DNA from: Octopus vulgaris
Taxonomy: Eukaryota
Length of the DNA stretch: 64,000 bases
NCBI GenBank assembly: GCA_951406725.2
Contig: OX597831.1
Span: 10,168,001 to 10,232,000 of the forward strand
Reading direction: 5' to 3'
Made by a program: the position numbers and the translations under genes. A model generated the notes under the pieces. The model was given only the letters and a program-made list of their open reading frames with translations, made no database searches and was not told where the DNA came from. How positions within the stretch are numbered: the stretch's first letter is position 1; each line of letters opens with the position of its first letter. Shown here piece after piece: positions 39,735-52,446 of this stretch.

Positions 39735-39962
39735 ACCTATTTCTTTACTGCCCACAAAGGGCTAAACACAGATGATCAACAAGGACAGACAAACGGATTA
39801 AGTCGATTATATCGACCCCAGTGCGTAACTGGTACTTAATTTATCGACCCCGAAAGGATGAAAGGTAAAGTCGACCTCGGCGGAATTTGAACTCAGAACG
39901 TAACGGCAGACGAAACACCGCTAAGCATTTCGCTCGGCATGCTAACGTTTCTGCCACCTCGC
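39735..39962 (-). mobile_element. SINE family A, full length
   Basis: Near-identical to 12424-12661. Confidence 0.9.
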
Positions 39963-40861
39963 AAACCTTTCAGGGTAAATGACGATTGAGAGACGGCCAT
40001 TGGCATTTAAGTTTAAAGACATACATACTAATGTTCAGAAAACATATAGAACGTCAAACGGCTCATATTACTGACTGTGTTGCGTGAACGCCCCCAGACG
40101 ATGAAGTAGACAAGCCCAAAACGTAGATATAGAGGGAGAAGTCTAGACGTCGAGTCGACTAGTGAGCAGAGTGTAGTAGAGAAGAGTTGAGTAGAGGTCA
40201 TCCGAACGTGCGATATAACAGACTGGAAAGGAATAAATCGACTTATAGATTTTATAGATAATCTCAGGGTTCAGAAAGTAATATTTACTTAATGTGCATC
40301 CAGCGGAACTCTTTTGGATTAGACTTATTTCGGCCTATCAAAACTAAGAAATGACAAATGATGAAGCATATCAAAGTGGGAAGAAATAGGAAATGTACGA
40401 TAGCAATATCGGTGTCATAGACATCCTAAATCTAACATATTTACTACATTCCATTTACATGTTATGTTTTTAAGATACTTAATATAAAATTTGGGGGTTG
40501 CAGTAATTTCTTTTTATCTTGGGAGGGTCAGCATGCCAATAAGAAACACACGCACTGGTTCAATTTCAACTCTTTATTATTATTATTGGTTCCGCATTAC
40601 ACCAACCTTTTAATTGATCACGTGCTTAATAAGTAGATTAGACAATAAATCATTTGCCAGTCACAGTCCTTTCGTCGTCACATCAATGACATGTCCTCTC
40701 TCCCCAGGTCTACTTTAAATATATCAGTATTGTAATTAATATATATGGTTTATATTTTATTGTTTCAGTCATCCTTATTGGACAGGAACCACGCTGTCAG
40801 GAACCATGACATTTATATATTTATATATATGTATATATATATATATACTCATATATACGTA

Positions 40862-40921
<60 letters not shown>

Positions 40922-40959
40922 TCATATATACGTATACCCTATATATATATATATATACA

Positions 40960-41331
<372 letters not shown>

Positions 41332-41524
41332 ATACATGTATATATATATATATATCCATACATGTATATGATCAGAATACGAGGCTATAAAATTTTGGGA
41401 TATTCTTTGTTAGCGCTTCTGTCAGTTTATCGAACTCGAGAAAAAGTGCTAATAATAAAGAATTATGCAAAATTCTGACAACTTCCTTTTACTCAATATA
41501 CAATAGCAGTACACCACTTCAAAT

Positions 41525-41564
<40 letters not shown>

Positions 41565-42022
41565 CTAGAGAGAGAGAGAGAGCGAGAGAGAGCGAGAGAA
41601 AGAAAGAAAAAGTGAGAGGGTGATTACTCTGGTTCCTTTTTACATATGTATTGTGTATAACTAATATCATAAACTGAGTGCCTCTTTTTCTACTGGTTAT
41701 TATTATCTTGATCCCGTAACTGAAAACAGCGAAGTGATTTACTTCACGCATCGGATGTCTGAACATAGAGTTTGCAGTATCTTTGTGTAGCAAAATAATT
41801 TCTTTTTTCGTTCTCTCTCTTTTAAGTGTTATTTCCTAGTAAACAAAAGCTAACTTGATTCTGTGGAGGTAACACGTTACATGTCTGGCACAGACGTTTA
41901 GAATTTAAAACCTTGGGATATATCTTCTGCATATTAATAACATATTAATAAAATGTGCAACTTAGAAAACGTTGAGAAAGTCTGTTAAACACTGTGTTTT
42001 TATACGTACATATATATGTGTC

Positions 42023-42055
<33 letters not shown>

Positions 42056-42103
42056 CTACATATATATATATATGCATATATATATATATATATATATATA
42101 TGC

Positions 42104-42136
<33 letters not shown>

Positions 42137-42140
42137 ATAA

Positions 42141-42206
<66 letters not shown>

Positions 42207-42767
42207 TTGAAATAAAAGCGCTCAAACATTCGCTAGTAAAGTAACATATCTGTCATTTAAAACCTTTTATTATTTTAAAAATTTCTTAAAATGCCCAGAG
42301 AGAATATTTTGAAAGTAGTAATTGTGAAAAAAGTAAAGTATACTTGAAAAAAAAACAAAAGTTTGTTCGATGAAAATCTTTATGATTCGCATTTTCTCTC
42401 CGCCAGAGTCGTTCTCACCATTATTAAAACCATTTCCTATTGCATAATCTCATTTTTCGAATACAGGCAATGATATGGTTCAACATGAAAGCTGTAAATA
42501 TTTTGCAACAATCTTTTGTAAGAGAATTCTTTGAAACACGTAAACTTTTGGCAAGCTTATTTTACTTCGCTGGAAACCATTGCAGAAGTTGTACGAAGTG
42601 CAAACGCCTTGTTCTTTTTTCCTTGTTCTACAAAAAGACAACGGAGAAGACCAGTTAAATACTGACTTCTTTCACTTTATTATCTTAATTACAAGTGTTT
42701 AAATTGAAGAATTTCGCTAATGCTTATTATATTCACCCAGGTAGACCGATTGGTATTTCAAATTTTA

Positions 42768-42943
42768 TCACAAGGCCATCAATTTCGGAAGAGGGGATAA
42801 AATACTTACATCGACCCCAGTTCTCATTTTATCGATCCGAATGGTGAAAAGCAAAGACGACTTCGCTGGAATCTGAAGGTAAACATAGACGAGACGCCAG
42901 CATTTAGCCCGGGGGGCTAAAGTTTCTGCCAGCTCGCCGCCTT
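42768..42943 (-). mobile_element. SINE family A, short-tail variant
   Basis: gtttctgccagctcgccgcctt head and cacaaggcc tail. Confidence 0.8.
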
Positions 42944-43424
42944 CCGACACAAATAAATATAAATGGTTTTCAACCTTTATCTCCGTATTTTGTCATTTCG
43001 TCTGCATTATGAATCTATAAGTCAAATAATTTAATATAAATAAATAAAGGTGATTGAGTGGAGATAGTCTGTCAGTGCCCTCTGCTGTTACTAGTTTAAA
43101 CGTCGGTGGGAAGCTAACACCAGTAAAATGAGCAAACGCTTGCCTCCGGGCAACAGCACACTCACTAACAACACAGATGCAGTCGATAGAAAGAGATAAT
43201 TAAGCAATGAATAGAATTTTTATATACAGGAATGATGTTTCTATTCCAAGAGTTTACCCTTCAAAATCTTCATTATCTAAGGAGAATGAAATTAATTTCT
43301 GTATAAAAAAGGAAGATGCATATCAAATGTAGTTACGGGAAATGCTGCAGTCGTAATGCAAATAAAATCTTTGGATTGTTAATCATTCTATACTGGAAAT
43401 GATAATATTTTCTATTGGTTGAAG

Positions 43425-43836
43425 ACCGGCGGGAAATATTGATAGGGGTCTAGTCGTTGACTTCGACCCCAGTGCGCAAATGGTACTTACATCATCAACC
43501 CTGAAAGGACGAAAGGCAAAGTTAATCTCGGAATTTGAACTTAAAACGTAAATACGGACGAAACAGCGCCAAGCATTTCGTTCGGCGGGATAACGTTTCT
43601 ACAGCTCGCCGCCTTATCCTGTGAAGATAATGATGAAAGTTTTGTAAACTTATTTATTGTTTTTTTAGAAAGCTAATACTAGTTTCAAATTCTGGCTCAA
43701 TGCCAACATGTCTGACGGAGGGGATAAGACGATTGCATGCACCCCCAGAGCTCAACTATTAATTTATCGACCCTTTAACGGATGAAAGTGAAGTTCAACT
43801 CAGAATGTAACGACGGACGAAATGCTGCTAAGCAGT
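43425..43836 (-). mobile_element. Two adjacent diverged SINE family A copies
   Basis: cgaccccagtgcgc...gaaaggcaaagt...agctcgccgcctt (43425-43614) and a more decayed copy (43683-43836). Confidence 0.7.
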
Positions 43837-44742
43837 TTCAGAGAAACCTAATAATAATTGGTCGTTACACATGACTTGTTTACTGTATGGCTCGTTGAAC
43901 ACATCCGTGTGTTGTCAAATATTGCGGTGATTCAATCACAAGTAGAGTCATTACTGTTTTCAATAATGCCCTTGGCCATACTTCAAATCTTGTTCCACAC
44001 GAAGCGTAGCTAATCATTTGAATCATATTCCTTCAACCGAGTACAGTCACGCTTCTACAAGCAGTGTCCACTAGGGCGGATGCCATTTACGAAGCATTTC
44101 ATCTTAGAACATTCAGTGCTTCTAAGAATCAGATGTTAAATACCGACCCGTTAATAAATCGAAGAAAAAATATATGTTAAAGACACCAAGAATATACTCA
44201 GGTGCACACAGACATATACAAACACGCTCATCCACATACACAAACACGCACGGTCACACGCACATATTTATGTACATATATACATGCATCGAAAGAAATC
44301 CAAATATATACGAGTATGTATATACACACTAACACACACAGGATACACACATGCATACACACAGGGCTCGTTTCCTATATTCTGTGACATATATATATAT
44401 ATATACCGCCATTAGTCCGTCGAATGATTGATCATTTTTTCCAGCCGAGTGGACTAACGGACGTTCTGTGCTCAAGAACAGAACCTATACCTCCGTCCAT
44501 CAATGGAAACAATAATCTGAAGATAACGATGCGCACCTCCACAAATTAATATATGCGTACATACATTCATACACATATACCTATACACATATATATATAT
44601 TATATATATGCATATGTGTGTGTCAGTGTGTGCATATATATATACACACATATATACCTATACACATATATACATATATACACATATATATATATGTATT
44701 TATATATATATATATATCTATATGTATGTATATATATATATA

Positions 44743-44793
<51 letters not shown>

Positions 44794-45059
44794 CTCGAAA
44801 TGGGGAGTAGATAAACAGCCGCCACCACATAATGGGTCTTCCTTTAATGTTGGTTGTCTTGTGTTCGCAAAACACATTCGTATACCGTATTTTCGTATTT
44901 GATGTTGTTCATGTCTTATGACGTCCTGTACCCATATATGCATATGTAGATACATATATATGCAAGTATGCACATATATATGCAAGTATGTACATATATA
45001 AATGTTTAAATGCTTATATATATATATATACATATATATATTATTTATATTCTTATATA

Positions 45060-45284
45060 TATGTGTGTTGAAGATGCTACCACATGCGGATCGTTGGCGA
45101 TATGTTTCCTCCGTCTTCCTTTTCTATTGGACTTCACCCCGACTCCTGTTTCTGACGAACAGCTTTGCTCCAAACGTAAAACAATATCTTTCTTTCGTTC
45201 CCTGAGCGTATGCTAATAATTTGCATGTACGATGTCCTCGTGTTGATTTTTGTTGTCTGTTTTTGTTTTGTTTCTGGGGCATTT

Positions 45285-45290
<6 letters not shown>
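45060..45290 (+). mobile_element. TA-flanked element with degenerate HHR (45147-45183)
   Basis: tgttt-CTGACGA-a-cagc(ttt)gctc-CAAA-cg-TA-aaaca, then the family motif ttccctgagcgt..taata. Confidence 0.6.
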
Positions 45291-45335
<45 letters not shown>

Positions 45336-45545
45336 GTTTTTGATTTTCGCTCTCGATAAATTCATCTCCTTTTTGTGTTCCCAGCACTCGGCATCCTAAT
45401 TTAGGAGCCCTTAATTGTATTACTACATGAATAATATTTTTCTATACAAATAATATTTTGTCTTATGACTAATTCGTCTTTTGTGCTGGGCACCTGGTAG
45501 TAACCAATATTACTACTCTTCTTTTTATATATATATATATAGTTC

Positions 45546-46008
45546 TTCCGGAAGAACTACAGCACGATGGACCATATATTTACTCTAATGCAACTGTTTG
45601 AGCGAGCAAATGAGTAGAAGCTGCCTCTTTGCGTTGCGTTTATAGACTATGGAAAGGTCAATGCTTGGTATCTCGTTGAGAGAGCACATCAGTAGCGAGA
45701 TCATCAGAAAGAAGTCCGGCGTGAGAGATGTCATCGCAGAGTATACACGCAGCAAGTATAGATGGGCTGGACACGTCGCCCGGTTCACCTATAATCGGTG
45801 GAAGCACGTAGTTGTCGAGTGGTACACGCGCGAGCAGAAAAGACCACCCGGAAGACCTCCCCGACGGTGGAGTTACGATTTCAGGAGGGCGATTGGTATC
45901 ACGTGGATGAGAAAGGCGCGATCAAGAGAGAGGAGTGGACAGCGATCTGTGACCAGCGGTGTCAAATGGACGCCTGACGAACTGGTCGGTCAAGGTGATC
46001 AAGGTGAT
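45546..46008 (+). mobile_element. RTE-clade LINE fragment with a large internal deletion
   Basis: FRKNYSTMDHIFTLMQLFERANE*KLPLCVAFIDY is joined directly to the C-terminal MERSMLGISL...RWAGHVAR...RPPGRPPRRW. The tail is caaggtgat twice. Confidence 0.85.
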
Positions 46009-46011
46009 ATA

Positions 46012-46060
<49 letters not shown>

Positions 46061-46790
46061 GCAGATTGAAAACTTCTTGTCTTGAGAGTGAAATACTCAA
46101 TACTACAAGATGAACATCTCATAGCAAATATAGTGCATAAATGGTAGAACAGGTGTTCGTTGAAGAATGTAGCTCAGGTGATATCCAAAATATGTTTCGT
46201 GCCGACCTTACTTGCATTCAATACAACAAACTGGAGTGGACATCATTATTATATCTACTTCAGTCACCAATGAAATTCATTGACAATGATCGTTGAAAGC
46301 AAAGATCTGAATGTCGTAACGAATTAAGGTAAAAAAGTAAAATGAATCAAACGAGAACCAGAGCAAAGAAGTTAATCGAATTATAATGTTAGAATTCAAA
46401 ATATTTGCGTGGAAGAAATACAAATAAATCAGTGAAACTTTAATAATGTTAAATGGATACATAGTGGCATATTTTCTATTGTACACAAAGTGAAGAACAT
46501 GTATATAGTTAATAATGGCTTCCAACTTTTGCACGAAGCTAGTAATTTCAGGGAAAGTGTTAGGTCTTTTAAATAAGTACCAGGGCTCAACTGGTACTTA
46601 TTTAATATAGCCAAAATCGACTTCCGCTTAGAACCTAATGATTCACGAAATGCATCCAAGAATTCTACCGGGAAGGCTAACAACTACACGCTCGCCCAAT
46701 TGTAACTATTCGACACGCACAGACAGACACATACACGCATACACACATTTTTGTATTTCGGATAGTCATTTTTTTGCAGGAAATTACACG

Positions 46791-47084
46791 CACTATATAT
46801 TCGTACTTCCCTCGTTTATTACTATTCTTATTATAACTCATGTCCATTGTCCGCAAAGCTTTCATTACACATATGTGACCTCTTCCGCGACATTTTCCCT
46901 CCTCATGCGTGATCTTGCACCGCTTAGTCCATTCTTTCTTCTATAATATGAGTCCTTAAGTAGAGCTGGGTCATGCACAGGGATGAAAGTGTCGCAGAAG
47001 GGGAGACAGATGTGTGACGAAAGACTTTCGGACACTGAATTAGAAGAGGAACAATAATAACGAGTGAAGAACGAATATATAGTG
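46791..47084. mobile_element. Old fold-back element with a decayed HHR in each arm
   Basis: Inverted ends cactatatattcgt and acgaatatatagtg. Motifs are CGGAAGA-g-gtcac..GAAAgctt (-, 46848-46892) and CAGAAGG..gtgac-GAAA-gactt (+, 46990-47034). Confidence 0.6.
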
Positions 47085-47197
47085 CATGTCTTTATTTGGC
47101 ATGAAATATAATTAGAAATAACCATCCAGAAATAGAACAATATCTGTTTCAATACACGACTTCATATCAGAAATCTTGCAACACAGATTCATAACCG

Positions 47198-47259
<62 letters not shown>

Positions 47260-47279
47260 CCCGTTTATGAATCTGTTTA

Positions 47280-47320
<41 letters not shown>

Positions 47321-47341
47321 GTCTGTATATACATATATACG

Positions 47342-47394
<53 letters not shown>

Positions 47395-47396
<2 letters not shown>

Positions 47397-47887
47397 CTAT
47401 TTGCGTAATGAGATAAAAAACCAAGGCTGTATAGATATTAGAGCATTTATAGATAGAAGGTCTTACGTCTGTTTCTAGAATATTAATTTATAATAACATC
47501 CCTTCATCGGAGACGGTGTAAGAGGAAAAATTAAGTCATAGTTAGTTTCGATGTGATACAAATAGAGAGTGAAGTGGAGGAAAGAAAATAGATGCAACAT
47601 ATGTATGGTTATTGAGTTCATAATTTACTGAGTTCATATCCTAGAAACAGCTGTAAGACCTTCTATCTATAAATGCTCTAATACTTATACAGCCTTGTTT
47701 TTTTATCTCTTTATGCAAAAAAATCATATATACACACGTTGACATAGAAACAACGTTGAACCCTTTATTCGCAATATTACCGAATCTGGAACTTAACTAT
47801 GGTCTGTCTATAGCACTTATTCAGCATTACCTGACACCTTTGGGTCTCAATGACACCAATATCTCTTATAACCTCAAATTCTCGCTA

Positions 47888-47888
<1 letters not shown>
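47395..47888. mobile_element. Fold-back element with HHR and one-sided tail
   Basis: Arms at about 47395-47483 and 47636-47725. Minus-strand HHR gtct-CCGATGA-agggatgtta..taatattcta-GAAA-cagacg-TA-agac at 47460-47514. The right arm holds only the 3' half, GAAAcagctgTAagac. Confidence 0.75.
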
Positions 47889-47925
<37 letters not shown>

Positions 47926-47929
47926 ATAC

Positions 47930-48300
47930 ATTAGAGAAAAAACCACTATTATGCAATTCAAACAATGATAGGCATAAACCAAATCAGAAATAAAAAACAA
48001 AAAAATATTTTTATATAAAACATATAACTAGATCACAAAAAGTATAAGAGTGAATGATCAATATATAATAAGTAAAAAACTACGTACGTTTGATGGCTAT
48101 AATTAAATTCGAATTTCAATTAAATTTAAATTTAATCGAAAATCAATTTAATTTAAAATTATAGACACTCTTCAGGTTAACAATAATAGTTAAATAAATG
48201 AACAAATAGAGTTAAACAATATTTATTTAAAAAATAAAAAAATAAATAAATAATGATTATTCTTATAGAAGAAACTCCATTAACTAAATTTAAAACTTGA
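47930..48300 (-). mobile_element. Microsatellite-abutting element with HHR (48078-48178; long stem II, G12C)
   Basis: Minus strand: aac-CTGAAGA-gtgtctataatt...aattatagccat-CAAA-cgtacg-TA-gtt. Confidence 0.55.
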
Positions 48301-48996
48301 AACTTTAGCATGAGTTTCCTATAATACATTTATTATGTTAAATATTTAAGGTAAAAAATTATATATATATACTTAATACTGATTTACATATAATTTTGTT
48401 TGAAATCTACTTCTATATAGGAAGTACGCATTTTTGGATTGAATTATAAATATTTTCAAAAATAGCTTCTATATATTGTTTGGCTAGCACATTTTTCTGA
48501 TGTGGATATTACATGTAAAATTCAAAAGATCTTACGTGTATTAAAAAAAAAAAAGTTGCTTTAAATTCTTCTGATAACGAAGTTTCCGATAGCGAAATAA
48601 ATTTTTTGCAACATCGTAAACTTTGCAATCTATATATAGGCTTATGTATGCACAAACATGTATGTTTGCAAGTATGCTCACACTCATACATATGTTCATA
48701 TGTGGCTATGTTCGTGTGTGGGCGTGTGCTTGCAGCTTTGCGAGTCGAGAGATACCGAAAAACAGTCAGAAAGACAGGCTAAGATAAAGCTTAAGTGACC
48801 AGCGAAAACGATACTAGCACATCAATAGACATATGGCAATATGTATGGATGACTATATTAACAAGTATGGAGCTATCCATGATCAAATGGTAATATAAAT
48901 TCATTGGTGAATAGCCATGCACCTGTGCTTGTGTGTTTCACGTATATATGTATGTACGTAAATTTATCGATGAACACATATACAAACATGCGCACA

Positions 48997-49063
48997 TGAT
49001 TGATTGATTGATTGATTCCAGTTCCAGCCTATGAGCTGTGGCCATGCTGGGGCACCGCCATTT
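48997..49063 (-). mobile_element. Ultra-short (about 67 bp) 3' end of the same LINE family as 10132-10617
   Basis: Minus strand: aaatggcggtgccccagcatggccacagctcataggctggaactggaatcaatcaatc. Confidence 0.85.
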
Positions 49064-49100
49064 GTATATATTTACACATGTATATATTTACAAATATATA

Positions 49101-49171
<71 letters not shown>

Positions 49172-49174
<3 letters not shown>

Positions 49175-49398
49175 CGAGCTGGCTGAAACGTTAGCACGCC
49201 GGGCGAAATGCGTAGCTGTATTTCGTCTGCCGTTACGTTCTGAGTTTAAATTCCGCCGAGGTCGACTTTGCCTTTCATCCTTTTGGGGCCGATAAATTAA
49301 GTACCAGTTACGCACAGGGGTCGATGTAATCGACTTAATCCGTTTGTCTGTCCTTGTTTCTTCCCTCTGTGTTTAACCCCTTGTGGGTAGTAAAGAAA
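49172..49398 (+). mobile_element. SINE family A, full length, inserted in (TA)n
   Basis: ggcgagctggctgaaacgttagcacgccgggcgaaatg...gagtttaaattcc...gtgggtagtaaagaaata. Confidence 0.9.
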
Positions 49399-49408
49399 TA
49401 TATTTATA

Positions 49409-49504
<96 letters not shown>

Positions 49505-49851
49505 GATATCAGTAACAATAAAGGGTGAAATTAATTAATTTGGAATAATTATTAATTACACCAAGTAGATTTCGGCATGTAAAAGCCTCATTCGAGGAAA
49601 ATTTAAGTAATACTAAGCAATTAAGGGTTTAGCAACGAATTGCCTCACCACACACCGAATTTAGAAATAGCAGTCAAAGCGTTATAGCTATTCTTTCTAC
49701 TAAAAGGGAGATCTCAGTAAAAATACAGCACTGTGCTGTATTTTTACTGAGATCTCCCTTTTAGTAGAAATAATAGCTATAACGCTTTGACTGCTATTTC
49801 TAAATTCGGTGTGTGGTGAGGCAATTCGTTGCTAAACCCTTAATTGCTTAG
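49505..49851. repeat. Near-perfect 239-bp palindrome with a one-sided extension, between TA tracts
   Basis: Arms 49613-49731 and 49733-49851 with a 1-nt centre (49732). One mismatch was seen. The extension is 49505-49612. Confidence 0.95.
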
Positions 49852-49853
49852 CA

Positions 49854-49941
<88 letters not shown>

Positions 49942-50021
49942 TTTTATATATATATAATATAATATATTATTGGTGAATTGAATAAGTGGAGCTGAACGCA
50001 GAGTGAACAGAAATCGTTTTA

Positions 50022-50110
50022 TTTCATCCTACACGTGTTTCGAAAGGCACAAATTACCAAAATCCGATTGAATAATGGGACCATATTGTGTCTTTCTCTT
50101 CAGGAAGAAA
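50022..50110 (-). ncRNA. Hammerhead ribozyme (mirror copy)
   Basis: Reverse complement of 50194-50282 with one substitution in stem I. Confidence 0.7.
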
Positions 50111-50193
50111 ATAGGAAATCCGTTGGAAAAACAAGTTCGATTTGTTTTTGCTCCGCCTCTGTTCTGTTTTTGTTTTTCCAACGGATTTCCTAT

Positions 50194-50282
50194 TTTCTTC
50201 CTGAAGAGAAAGACACAATATGGTCCCATTATTCAATCGGATTTTGGTAATTTGTGCCTTTCGAAACACGTGTAGAATGAAA
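50194..50282 (+). ncRNA. Type I hammerhead ribozyme with long stem II and palindromic stem III
   Basis: tttcttc-CTGAAGA-gaaagacacaa...ttgtgcctttc-GAAA-cacgtg-TA-gaatgaaa. Confidence 0.75.
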
Positions 50283-50493
50283 TAAAACGATTTCTGTTCA
50301 ATCTGCGTTCAGCTCCATTTCTTCAATTCACCAATAATGTTTTAATTTCAATTATCCGCACCAACGCACGGTTGCAACACCATATGGTTGTACCTCCAAC
50401 CGTGCTGTTTACTGCTGTGATTTTTGCTACTAAGGTCTCGGTTAAACTTTTGATTAATCTACTACAAGATTATTCATCTTTCTATTTCATATA

Positions 50494-50529
<36 letters not shown>

Positions 50530-50619
50530 CATATATGCATGTGTACGTCTAAGTAGTGAGGAAATACAAAAAATAAGTCAATGGGTGACAAGCGTATTTA
50601 ATTTGGTTTAGTTCATTCT

Positions 50620-51090
50620 AAAATTTAGCTGCACAACGAATAGTAAAAATAGTTCTGAGGGAAGGGTGTTAATTAATAACATCAATTTTAGTCGATACCT
50701 GATACTTATTTTTGTGACCAGCAGAATGAAAATTAGAGTCGCATTGGTTGACCGTGAAGTCGGGACATAACGAGTATTTTGTCGCTAAGATTGTGGTGCC
50801 ACCTATTTATCAAGCTCACCCACTTAATCAATGATAATAAGAATTAATAGAAAATTAATACCACTAGTAATAACTTCTTTCCTCTATCACCCCAGATCTC
50901 GTAATTCATGAGGAGTGTAATCTAATCCACTATCTCGGCCCAAGTACTCGACTGGTACCTATTTCGGCGATCGCGAATTGATGAAAAAAGATAAAGTGGA
51001 ACTAGACAGCAACTGAGCTGAATATGTAGAGGCGGACGATATGTTAAGCATTTTACTCGGCGTGCATACGCTTTGATAGCTCACCGCCTT
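50620..51090 (-). mobile_element. Two very decayed SINE family A copies
   Basis: Head remnants agctcacc at about 50813 and about 51079, and actggtacctattt at about 50951. Confidence 0.5.
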
Positions 51091-51887
51091 TATGATGCTA
51101 ATAGTAATATGGATAATAGATATAAAATCAAATTAATTAAATATATATGTATATTGAAGGACAATCGATATTTTGCCATGGGCATCATTTGTCCTACGTT
51201 GTATAGATATTCTGCTAAAATATCGATATTAATTGAAAACACTACACTTGACCCATTTATCTGTAAAATCTGCAATTCTTTTTCTTAAAGTGCTTTCAGT
51301 TTGACCCACGTAATATTCTACATAGTAAACACATTATCTCATACATATGTTTTCTTTAATTTGAAACATGTTTCCGAACATCAGATATGTTAAAACAACT
51401 TCCATAGATGGTACTGCCCAGGCTTTTTGATTGTTGCTTCCATTGTGGAATGTACTTCAACGCTGATAATTATTCTATTCAATGATTGTTGTTAGCTGTA
51501 ATTGATTGTGTTTGTAGATTGCGATTCATCCTGGCGTTCTTTCTTTCAATCATAATTTGTGTCATTTTTTTTTTCACGAAAGTGAGTTGAAAATAATTTT
51601 CGTTTAGATACTGTATTGCTTTCCTTTAGATGCGCAGTGTTAATTTACATTTAAATGCGCTGTCACTGGATCAATGCGGAGGTTGCTTGAGTCTTTTGTA
51701 TTCTATCATCTACTGAAGCTGATGAATATCTGTCGACGAGTATGTCCTCGTTTTCTTCCATTCGTATATTATTTTCATACTAATTATTTATATTGCTGTG
51801 ACTAAATGAAAAAATTTATATATTACGAACGAAGAGATTCGAACCAATATTTACTTATGCTGCGTCTTCCAAATCATAAAAAATATG

Positions 51888-51918
<31 letters not shown>

Positions 51919-51937
51919 ATATATATATATATATTTC

Positions 51938-52354
51938 TCTTTCTCTTTTATACTCTTATACTTGTTTCAGTCATTTGACTGCGGCCATGCTGGAGCACCG
52001 CCTTTAGTCGAGCAAATCGACCCGGGACTTATTCTTTGTAACTACAGTACTTATTCTATCGGTCTGTTTTGCCGAACCGCTAAGTTACGGGGACGTAAAC
52101 ACACCAGCATCGGTTGTCAAGCAATGCTAGGAGGACAAACACAAACACACAAACACATACACACACATACATATACAGATATATACATATATACGACAGG
52201 CTTCTTTCAGTTTCCGTCTACCAAATCCACTCACAAGGCATTGGTCGGCCCGGGGCTATAGCAGAAGACACTTGCCCAAGATGCCACACAGTGGGACTGA
52301 ACCCGGAATCATGTGGTTGTTAAGTAAGCTACTTACCACACAGCCACTCCTGCG

Positions 52355-52357
<3 letters not shown>
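51938..52357 (-). mobile_element. SINE family B, full length
   Basis: Near-identical to 60278-60692. Confidence 0.9.

Positions 52358-52446
<89 letters not shown>

Larger units (their letters stand above)
49966..50490. mobile_element. Fold-back element with 169-bp inverted arms, each holding an intact-core HHR, a 35-bp spacer and a one-sided tail
   Basis: Arms 49966-50134 and 50170-50338. The tail to about 50490 abuts TA. Confidence 0.9.

Noticed and set aside
46062-46103. TTGAAAA...gagtGAAA possible U3-A8 HHR; similar weak hits at about 11350, 29160, 32785 and 40095
   Set aside because: The stems are too weak to distinguish from chance.
49560-49600. HHR-like CGAATGA-ggc..gcc-GAAA on the minus strand
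   Set aside because: It has two core changes and no convincing stem I or III.
50029-50275. Four overlapping ORFs with identical N-termini on both strands
   Set aside because: They are a by-product of the inverted repeat and show no coding signature.
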